Below are positions 1 to 7,211 of a stretch of 12,464 nucleotides of DNA, one piece after another; the stretch's first letter is position 1, and each line of letters opens with the position of its first letter. The translations under genes were made by a program, and so were the position numbers. The notes below the pieces were generated by a model. The model was not told where the DNA came from and did not search any database. It worked only from the letters and a program-made list of their open reading frames with translations. The DNA is taken from assembly GCA_044347345.1 (NCBI GenBank), contig JBIKUX010000043.1, forward strand, positions 1 to 12,464, in the 5' to 3' direction. The DNA is from Bdellovibrionota bacterium. Its GTDB lineage: Bacteria > Bdellovibrionota_C > UBA2361 > JBIKUX01.

Positions 1-321
1 TTCTCAATTGTAGGTGGTGCAACATCTCTTGACGCTCAATCATCTGCACGTACCGCACTTGATGCTGTAAACCGAGCGATAGCATCGTTAGCGGCAACTC
101 GAGGGTCGTTAGGTTCTGCCGAGTCGCGACTTAGAGTAGCTATCAACAATCTGGAATCAACTCGAGAGAACCAAGCTGCTGCAGAAAGCCGTATTCGGGA
201 TGCTGATATTGCATCAGATTCCGCTGAGCTAACTCGTCTTGGTATTCTGCAGCAGGCTGGTGCTGCGGTGCTTGCACAAGCTAACCAACAGCCAGCAATC
301 GCTCTTAGCCTTTTAGGGTAA
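1..321 (+). CDS. fliC: Flagellin, C-terminal part (5' end outside the window)
   Basis: Not in the ORF track. Frame 1 translated by hand is open from base 1 to TAA at 319-321: FSIVGG...SARTALDAVNRAIASLAATRGSLGSAESRLRVAINNLESTRENQAAAESRIRDADIASDSAELTRLGILQQAGAAVLAQANQQPAIALSLLG*. This matches the conserved flagellin C-terminal helical region (RxxLGA..RL, SRIRDAD.A, ILQQAG..VLAQAN, LSLL). Confidence 0.95.
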   Translation, partial: FSIVGGATSLDAQSSARTALDAVNRAIASLAATRGSLGSAESRLRVAINNLESTRENQAAAESRIRDADIASDSAELTRLGILQQAGAAVLAQANQQPAIALSLLG

Positions 322-323
322 AA

Positions 324-356
324 TACAAGCTAGACTTGTAGAAAAACTCTACTTTT
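324..356 (+). terminator. Possible weak intrinsic terminator after flagellin
   Basis: Two overlapping short inverted repeats, TACAAG(324-329)/CTTGTA(335-340) and GTAGA(338-342)/TCTAC(348-352); the second is followed by TTTT. The stems are AT-rich and weak. Confidence 0.25.
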
Positions 357-470
357 AACTAAGATGAGGAAAACCGCTGTTCAAATAAACTATTAATACA
401 AATGTTAGATAACTAAACTGTTATTTTTATGGGTATATAAAGTTGGACTAAAACTTTATCATATTCATAA

Positions 471-500
471 TAAATAATTGGAAAGAGCATTCACCGATAG
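471..500 (+). promoter_or_regulatory. Possible sigma28 (FliA)-type promoter upstream of the lytic transglycosylase
   Basis: ACCGATAG at 493-500 resembles the sigma28 -10 box (GCCGATAA). TAAA at 471-474 is 18 nt away versus the canonical ~15, so the -35 match is poor. Confidence 0.2.
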
Positions 501-566
501 ATAGCTGTAATAATCATTCATTGAATGTTTTTTTCAACTTAAAGGGTCATTAGTTATCTTAATAGA

Positions 567-1256
567 ATGAAAGCGGTTGCAATTACCCTTAAAAAGCTCT
601 TTTTGAGTGTTTTTATCATAACAGGCGGAAGTGTCTGGATGTTGGAATTGACTTCTGAGTTAGTTAATGCCGTACCTATTTATAAGGTTCATGAGAGTAA
701 CGGAACTATCCGCTTTACTACTCGACCACCAAGTCGTCAGCATAAAGAAATTACAATTTTTACGGGTAAGAATGCTGCTTTTTCAATTATGGGGCGTTTC
801 CGTAATCTAGGGTCACAAAGTCAGCGCGATTGGATAGGTGGTGGTACTTTGAATCTATTGGCTTTCAGCTCGCACATTTCTTCAGCATCTAAGCAGTTTG
901 GAGTTGAAGAGCCGTTAATCAGAGCGGTAATTCATACCGAATCCGCCTTTAATCCATCAGCAATATCGCCAAAAGGAGCTCAAGGGCTGATGCAGCTTAT
1001 GCCTGGTACGGCGCAAGATCTGGGAGTGAAAGCGCCGTTTGATCCGGCTGAAAATATTAATGGAGGGACAAAGTATTTGGCCTATCTTCTAAATGAATTT
1101 AATGGAAATTTAGTCAATGCTCTAGCGGCATATAATTCTGGTAAAGAAAACGTAATTCGATTTAATGGAGTACCGCCGTTTCCGGAAACTCAATTATATG
1201 TAAGAAGAGTGCAAGCGTTACTAGAGCGTTATCGAGGTGTTAAATCGATTAAGTAG
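567..1256 (+). CDS. Lytic transglycosylase (SLT domain) with N-terminal hydrophobic segment and DUF4124-like region
   Basis: SLT motifs: catalytic ES ([17 protein letters not shown]), GLMQLMP, AYNSG and [11 protein letters not shown]-terminal IYK...[11 protein letters not shown] resembles DUF4124. Hydrophobic N-terminus suggests export. Exact start uncertain. Confidence 0.9.
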   Translation: MKAVAITLKKLFLSVFIITGGSVWMLELTSELVNAVPIYKVHESNGTIRFTTRPPSRQHKEITIFTGKNAAFSIMGRFRNLGSQSQRDWIGGGTLNLLAFSSHISSASKQFGVEEPLIRAVIHTESAFNPSAISPKGAQGLMQLMPGTAQDLGVKAPFDPAENINGGTKYLAYLLNEFNGNLVNALAAYNSGKENVIRFNGVPPFPETQLYVRRVQALLERYRGVKSIK

Positions 1257-1329
1257 AATAGAAATTAAGTCAGTTAGCAATTTGCCAGAAACCCAGATAA
1301 TCGGTAAAACAGTAGAGTAATTTATTTCC

Positions 1330-1956
1330 TTGTTTATGCGGTTATCATTATCTTGGCAATCTATCCCTAATTTGATCACCTTGTTCCGTGTGATCGTAAT
1401 ACCTTTATTGGTAGCTTGCTTAAGCACATCATCACCAAGGCTTCATAGATTTGCTCTAGCTCTTTTTTTATTTGCAGCGTTCACAGATTTTTTAGATGGA
1501 ATGATTGCTAGACGTTGGAAGGTAGTATCAGAATTCGGTAAACTGTTAGATCCTCTAGCGGATAAAATTCTTGTGATGACTGCTCTCGTTATGCTTATTA
1601 CTGTTCGAGTTGAAGGTAGTAATGAGACGATGGTGCCTGGTTGGTTGGTAGTGATAATTCTAGCGCGGGAATTTTGGGTCACGGGGCTTAGGTCTGCGGC
1701 AAGTGCTCGAGGTTTAGTTATTGCTGCGAGTGACTCTGCAAAAGCAAAAACGGTTATTCAGATGGTAGGAATTTCCTTCCTTATAGTAGGGTCACATACT
1801 TTGCAAGTATCGGATTATATTTTAACGTACAGGACTTTTGGACTAAATCTTCTTCTACTGTCTCTTTATTTTTCTTTAGTTTCTGCAATACAGTATACTT
1901 CTGAGGTAATAAATCTTTATTTACATAGCTCAGAGAGATCCTCTACATCTATTTAG
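1330..1956 (+). CDS. pgsA: CDP-diacylglycerol--glycerol-3-phosphate 3-phosphatidyltransferase
   Basis: IPNLITLFR N-terminal motif and the CDP-alcohol phosphotransferase signature DFLDGMIARR...FGKLLDPLADK; REFWVTGLR; several TM helices. The real start may be ATG at 1336 rather than TTG at 1330. Confidence 0.92.
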   Translation: MFMRLSLSWQSIPNLITLFRVIVIPLLVACLSTSSPRLHRFALALFLFAAFTDFLDGMIARRWKVVSEFGKLLDPLADKILVMTALVMLITVRVEGSNETMVPGWLVVIILAREFWVTGLRSAASARGLVIAASDSAKAKTVIQMVGISFLIVGSHTLQVSDYILTYRTFGLNLLLLSLYFSLVSAIQYTSEVINLYLHSSERSSTSI

Positions 1957-2067
1957 TGAACTTTAAAAGCCAAGTCATACCAAGAAATCTGGCTCTTCAC
2001 TTTCTTTCGTCTCTGGTTTAGCCTCTGATTTGAAGAAAAGAGTAAATTTAGAAAAAGAGTAACGCGA

Positions 2068-5000
2068 ATGCGGGTGAGTCGCCTTGAAATCTTTGGATTT
2101 AAATCTTTTATGGACCGTCTTGTACTTCCACTTGAAGGAGGTATCACCGGAGTGGTTGGTCCTAATGGTTGCGGTAAGTCTAATATAGTTGATGCTATCC
2201 GTTGGGTACTTGGGGAAACTCGAGCTCGCGAGTTAAGGGGTGGAATACTAGAAGACGTAATATTTAACGGGACTGATTCTTTACGACCGCTTGGTTTAGC
2301 TGAAGTAACTTTGACTCTAAGAGGTGAGCCAAACGATTTTTTACAGGCCATAAGTAATGTTGACAGTACTCAGGTAACAACGCTCGAAGGCGATGAAACT
2401 TCAGCCGAAAAAGATGAAGCAGTTGTCGCAGAACCGATTAACCCATCGTCATCATCAGGACGACCTAATTTATCTGTTATTAGAGGAGCTTTATGTGGAG
2501 CTCCTTTGCAGCATAATGCTGATGAAGAGACTCCTTCTACCGCAGAAACTGTAAACTCAGCGCACTTAGTTAGTAGGTTTGGATGGCTGAATTCCCTTAG
2601 CGAATTGCAGGTTACTAGACGTCTTTATAGAAGTGGGGAATCAGAGTTTTTTATTAACCGAGTTCCATGTCGACTCCGTGATATTAAAGATCTGTTCCGA
2701 GCTGTTCATCTTGGGGCTAGAGCCTACACTATTATTGCTCAAGGTGAGGTAGGTCGTATTGTTAATGCTAAACCAGAAGATCGGAGATTAATTTTTGAGG
2801 AAGCGGCTGGTGTAAGTGGTTTTCGCGACAAGATTGCTGAAGCAAAGCGGAGACTCGAGGAAGCTAAAGCAGGTGTTGCTCGAGTTGACGATATTGTTAA
2901 GGAATTAACTAGGCAAGTGCAATCTCTAAAGCGTAAAGCAGAAAGAGCGAGAGAAAGGGATAATCTTAAACAAGAGATTTTCAAATTAGATAGGTTGGTA
3001 TTTATACAAACTGTCAGTCGTCTTAAGCGTAGGAGTGAAGCACTTTTAAAAGATATTTCAGAGTGTGATGCTCAGGAGCAGGCTGCTATTGTTGCATTAG
3101 AACAGATAGCAGAGAAAGAACGGTTACTTCGTGCCTCTTTTAGTGAAGTTGATAACGATGGTGTTGCCCTAAGACGCCAAATGGATAGCATTAGAGATGA
3201 GCTATCCCGTCATAATCGAAAGATAAACGAGCGTCGTTCAGTACTAAATGAAATTCGTACATTAATACGTGCACATGATGCGGAGGTTTTAAGACTTCAT
3301 GAGCGTAATGATACTATTCAAAAGCGACTTAGTCAGAGTGAAGCTGAGGTAGTTAATCTTCAATCTCAGGATAAGGAGATCACCGAAAAACTTATACAGG
3401 CAGATCGTGGTTCTGAGACAGAACTTAAAGATATTGCTCAATCTTTAGCCGTATTCCGTGAGGAGTTTCGTAGTAAGGAACGAGTACATCGGGAAGCAAG
3501 AGATGTTATGGTAGCCTGCAAGAGTAGGTTGCAAGCCGTGAAGGAACAAGTTATCGCCGCTTCTCCCTTGCGACAGTTAAGCAAAACCGTTGGCTCAAAG
3601 GCATTTCAAGAACTTAAGTTGGATTCAACGCGGTCTTTTGTTGAGGCCTTAACGGTTCCTGTTAGATATGTACGGGCTGTTCAGTCGGTATTAAATGAAA
3701 AGGCAAATTATCTTTTAACTGACTCTCCTCATGAAATAGGTAGAAGGTTTGTTCAACATTTAGAGAAATTATCTGAAAAAGAAGGACGTGGCCTAGGTCT
3801 TGGAGTTTTTTTAGAAGGCGGTTCAGATAAAGTTAAAGCAGATTGTGAATTAATTGGACTTCCTAAGTTGCGCTCTCTTATTACAGTAGCACCGTATGCA
3901 GAAGCCGCCGCTGACGCAGTGTTTGGTAAAGTGCTAGTGGCTACAAATTTAGAAGAGGCTCAGCAATGGTTTCTATCCTCTAATAAACATGATGACGTTA
4001 CTGTTGTTACTGAACAGGGTGATGTTCTGACTAATCAGAGTTTTTTCTCTTTGAGACATGAAGGGGGGGTAGTAGCGTTACGCGCTAAAGAGGCTGAATT
4101 GGAGCAAAGTTTAAAAGCTGCTGAAGATAATTATGAGTTGCTAAATAAGGAGCGTGAAGTACTGATTGCTCAAATTAGTGCGGCAGAGAAAGCTCATGCT
4201 GAACTGTTAAAAGAAACTCAAAGACGACAAGCTGTAATTAGGGATTTAGGTAGAGAACAGGGAAGTATTAGAGGACGCTTACAGGCAGCATCTCGACTTG
4301 TTGAGCAGATGAAGCAGGATGTTATTAATATTCAAAAAGAATTATCTCAGAGTGATAATAAAAAAACAGAATTATCTACAAGGGAGATTGGTGTAGCTGA
4401 TGAAGTAAGTGCACTTGAAGCAGCTTCAACTGCTGGACCTGAGCAAGAGCTTATTAGACTAAAAAGTGAGCTAGATTCGATTGAACAAGCGCGATCTGAG
4501 GCCAGATCGCAAATGAATCAAATTACTGCTCAATTAAATGAGCGTCGACGGGCGGTTGAGTCCATTCGGCGAAAGCAGAGTGATCTTCGGGTAAATTGTG
4601 AACGAGTGCTTATAGAGCAACGAACCACGACTGAGAGATTGAGTGAAGAGTATCCTGAAGGTTTTGCTCAGGAACTTTTGCAAGAAGCAAATCAGTTATC
4701 TGATGATGCTCTTATATCTGAAGATTTATTGACTAAAGAGCGTAATTCACTTGTTCAGTTAAGACGTCGCTTGCAGAAAGAGGGGGAAGTTGATCCATCT
4801 TCTATACAAGCTTATGAGGAAGAAAATGCTCGACTAACTGAGCTTATGTTGCAGAAGCGTGACCTTGAAGATGGAGCGAAAGTTCTGAATGAATCAGTAA
4901 ATCAGGTCGTATCTGGTGCAGAAAAGCGACTTCTTCACACTTTCAATATAGTACAAGAGAAATTTCAACAATTAATTCCTCGAGTATTCGGCGGTGGCAG

Positions 5001-5394
5001 TGGTGCTTTAACTCTTTCTGATCCGCAAAATCCTCTTGAAAGCGGGGTAGCTATAATGGTTCGTCCTCCAGGAAAAATACCTAAAAGTATCGATTTACTG
5101 TCAGGAGGAGAAAAAGCACTTACAGCAACTGCACTAATCATGGCGCTTTTTTCTTATGCTCCAAGTCCTCTGTGTGTTCTCGATGAAGTGGATGCTCCTT
5201 TAGATGAGGCAAATTTAATTCGCTTTCTCGAACTTATTAAAGAGATGAGTATTAGTACTCAATTTATAATCGTTACTCATAATAAACAGTCAATGTCTAT
5301 GGCTAATAGATTGGTAGGCGTAACGATGGAGCAACCCGGTGCTTCAAAGATGATATCTGTATCGCTGCAAGAAGCAGTAGCTCAGGTAGCGTAA
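2068..5394 (+). CDS. smc: Chromosome segregation ATPase Smc
   Basis: GFKSF, Walker A GPNGCGKSN, Q-loop IIAQG, FEEAAG, long coiled coils around a central hinge-like region, signature LSGGEK, Walker B/D-loop VLDEVDAPLD, H-loop IVTH. The smc-ftsY gene order is common in bacteria. Confidence 0.95.
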   Translation: MRVSRLEIFGFKSFMDRLVLPLEGGITGVVGPNGCGKSNIVDAIRWVLGETRARELRGGILEDVIFNGTDSLRPLGLAEVTLTLRGEPNDFLQAISNVDSTQVTTLEGDETSAEKDEAVVAEPINPSSSSGRPNLSVIRGALCGAPLQHNADEETPSTAETVNSAHLVSRFGWLNSLSELQVTRRLYRSGESEFFINRVPCRLRDIKDLFRAVHLGARAYTIIAQGEVGRIVNAKPEDRRLIFEEAAGVSGFRDKIAEAKRRLEEAKAGVARVDDIVKELTRQVQSLKRKAERARERDNLKQEIFKLDRLVFIQTVSRLKRRSEALLKDISECDAQEQAAIVALEQIAEKERLLRASFSEVDNDGVALRRQMDSIRDELSRHNRKINERRSVLNEIRTLIRAHDAEVLRLHERNDTIQKRLSQSEAEVVNLQSQDKEITEKLIQADRGSETELKDIAQSLAVFREEFRSKERVHREARDVMVACKSRLQAVKEQVIAASPLRQLSKTVGSKAFQELKLDSTRSFVEALTVPVRYVRAVQSVLNEKANYLLTDSPHEIGRRFVQHLEKLSEKEGRGLGLGVFLEGGSDKVKADCELIGLPKLRSLITVAPYAEAAADAVFGKVLVATNLEEAQQWFLSSNKHDDVTVVTEQGDVLTNQSFFSLRHEGGVVALRAKEAELEQSLKAAEDNYELLNKEREVLIAQISAAEKAHAELLKETQRRQAVIRDLGREQGSIRGRLQAASRLVEQMKQDVINIQKELSQSDNKKTELSTREIGVADEVSALEAASTAGPEQELIRLKSELDSIEQARSEARSQMNQITAQLNERRRAVESIRRKQSDLRVNCERVLIEQRTTTERLSEEYPEGFAQELLQEANQLSDDALISEDLLTKERNSLVQLRRRLQKEGEVDPSSIQAYEEENARLTELMLQKRDLEDGAKVLNESVNQVVSGAEKRLLHTFNIVQEKFQQLIPRVFGGGSGALTLSDPQNPLESGVAIMVRPPGKIPKSIDLLSGGEKALTATALIMALFSYAPSPLCVLDEVDAPLDEANLIRFLELIKEMSISTQFIIVTHNKQSMSMANRLVGVTMEQPGASKMISVSLQEAVAQVA

Positions 5395-5421
5395 TTTTAA
5401 TTAATTAGATAGGGGTGAAAA

Positions 5422-6489
5422 TTGATACTTGGGTGGATACAGGACAATCCCATCGGGGTTGGGCTTCTTATTTTCTTATTTTTTGTCTTTTTAATTGGGT
5501 CGGTGCTTTGGTGGTATGTGCAGGCTCGCGGTGTTCATTTAGTTAAGGAAGTTCCTTTAACAAGTCTTAATAAGAGTGATAAAGCTAATCAAGAAAATAG
5601 CCAGAGTCAAAGACTTACCTACTCACTTTTATCGCGAATTTTTGGCATTTTTGGAGGTAAGTCACTCTCACCAGCGGAGTATGAAGAGTTGTTTGAGATG
5701 ATGATACAGTCTGATTTCGGTGTTAATTTTGCCTCTAAAGTCCTTGATCGTATTCAGTCAGAAAAAAAAGAAGGCTCAACTCAGGAAGAAGCGATATTGC
5801 TGCTTCGTGATGAATTAATGAAAATTTTTGAAGAAGTGCCAAGTCGACATTTTATTTCGTTATCAAATATTACGGATCGCCCGACAGTTGTGTTGCTTGT
5901 TGGAGTTAATGGAGCTGGTAAAACAACTACCGCTGCAAAATTGGGATATTTGTACAAGAAAGAGGGTGCATCGGTTCTTTTAGTAGCAGCTGATACTTTT
6001 CGAGCTGCTGCAGTTGAGCAGCTTGTCTCCTGGGGAGAGCGCTTAAGTATTCCTGTATTTACGGGTGCAAATGGAGCTAAGCCAAGTGGAGTTGTTTTTG
6101 ATGGTATCGCCCAAGCAATTAAGGATAAAACAGGTATAGTGATTATTGATACAGCAGGTCGGCTCCACACTAAGGCAAACTTAATGCAAGAGCTTGGAGG
6201 TATAAAAAATGCGATTACTCGACAAATACCTGATGCTCGTTATGATATTCTTTTAGTACTAGACGGCACTGCAGGACAAAATGCTCTAATACAGGCACGA
6301 GAATTTTCAGCTGTAGCACAGCTGTCTGGCGTAGTAATAACTAAGTTAGACGGTACTTCAAAGGGAGGTATTGTTGGAGCTGTAGCTGATGAACTAAAAA
6401 TTCCGGTGGTTGCTATTGGAGTTGGTGAAAAGGTAGACGACTTGCGTCCATTTAATCCTAATGAGTTTGTTGAAGCTCTTCTTAGTTAG
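5422..6489 (+). CDS. ftsY: Signal recognition particle receptor FtsY with N-terminal transmembrane segment
   Basis: SRP-GTPase motifs GVNGAGKTTT, DTFRAAA, DTAGR, GQNA, TKLDGTSKGG, GVGE..DDL.PF; no C-terminal M domain, so not Ffh. TTG start with AGGGGTG upstream as a plausible RBS. Confidence 0.95.
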   Translation: MILGWIQDNPIGVGLLIFLFFVFLIGSVLWWYVQARGVHLVKEVPLTSLNKSDKANQENSQSQRLTYSLLSRIFGIFGGKSLSPAEYEELFEMMIQSDFGVNFASKVLDRIQSEKKEGSTQEEAILLLRDELMKIFEEVPSRHFISLSNITDRPTVVLLVGVNGAGKTTTAAKLGYLYKKEGASVLLVAADTFRAAAVEQLVSWGERLSIPVFTGANGAKPSGVVFDGIAQAIKDKTGIVIIDTAGRLHTKANLMQELGGIKNAITRQIPDARYDILLVLDGTAGQNALIQAREFSAVAQLSGVVITKLDGTSKGGIVGAVADELKIPVVAIGVGEKVDDLRPFNPNEFVEALLS

Positions 6490-6510
6490 AATAGACTTCA
6501 AGCTTGAATA

Positions 6511-6536
6511 AAAGCCACAAAAGGAGCTTTCTTTTC
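6511..6536 (+). terminator. Possible weak terminator after ftsY
   Basis: AAAGC(6511-6515)/GCTTT(6526-6530) followed by CTTTTC. Short stem with a large loop. Confidence 0.2.
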
Positions 6537-6704
6537 AGGTGCTAGTTAAACACCATAAGGTTTTTGACTGGCACTTCATGGTCAATAAATTTATTTAATT
6601 CCAAGCAAGTGGCGGGAATAGGGTTAAAAATCTTGTAGACTGAAGTTAGGAAAAAAGGAAAAAGAATCTATTTAAAAAGAGTCTTGTAGTAGTTGCTTTT
6701 TTCA

Positions 6705-6870
6705 GTGGAGCTTTAAAGCTGTTTCAGGCGTATCGTTACCTTAGAGCCTGCTCTGGCTCCTAGTCGTCGTGTAGGAGAAAATCTTGGTGACCAAATTTTT
6801 AAAGCACGGAAAGGGGGGGTGATTTCGGGTTCCGAGTAAGGACAAAAGTATCACGCTACAGAGTATTTCA
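6705..6870 (+). ncRNA. Candidate structured non-coding RNA (rod-like hairpin, 6S-like?); identity and ends unconfirmed
   Basis: Relatively GC-rich island in a 720-bp gap with no long ORF. Eight nested complementary segments found by eye between 6719 and 6861 (listed in findings). G-U pairs favour the + strand. Confidence 0.3.
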
Positions 6871-7211
6871 TTTCGCCGGCAGTTTAAGAGACCGCCACGC
6901 TTAACCCGCTAGTTTATTCGAAGTTGTTTAATTAGTAGAGGCAACAATATCACAAATGAAGGGATGTTTTTGTTTAAACGGAAAATCGTATCGCAAGGAA
7001 AGGAAGCTTAGAGACTAAATGAAGGTGCTTTTCTCGACAGCTGCTCTCTTCCTTAATCCCTTAGAGATTATATTACACTACTGAAAAATGATACATATAA
7101 TTCTTAACTCAAGATATCGCTCAGATTGAGCCAAAAAGCGACTTTTTTACAATTAGACTGTTGTACTATAAACTAATTACTTATTTCTCGGATGAATTTG
7201 AAATAGCCGAG

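Noticed and set aside
2320..2600. Intein as explanation of the Smc head insertion
   Set aside because: No C-terminal His-Asn followed by Cys/Ser/Thr, and it is shorter and lower in complexity than a mini-intein.
1221..2984. Minus-strand ORFs 1221-1427, 1443-1682, 1953-2351 and 2739-2984
   Set aside because: Antisense shadows of the transglycosylase, pgsA and smc genes, with no recognisable motifs.
5781..6170. Minus-strand 129-aa ORF
   Set aside because: Fully antisense to the conserved FtsY GTPase domain.
6497..6508. Perfect palindrome TTCAAGCTTGAA after the ftsY stop
   Set aside because: Single AT-rich 12-mer; a near copy lies inside smpB coding sequence; no supporting context.
6870..6915. 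Minus-strand tRNA-Lys(CTT)-like anticodon arm (GGTTAA...GGCGGT-CTCTTAA-ACTGCC)
   Set aside because: No T-arm (GTTCRA) or acceptor stem can be formed, so it is not a tRNA.
6813..6931. Plus-strand GGGGGTGATTTCGGGTTCCGAG resembling a tmRNA 5' end
   Set aside because: No matching 3' T-arm/acceptor/CCA downstream or upstream (permuted form), and the following mini-frame ASLFEVV* lacks the terminal Ala-Ala.
6700..7060. RNase P RNA, suggested by size
   Set aside because: The universal GAGGAAAGTCC and CAGAACCCGGCTTA-type motifs are absent on both strands.
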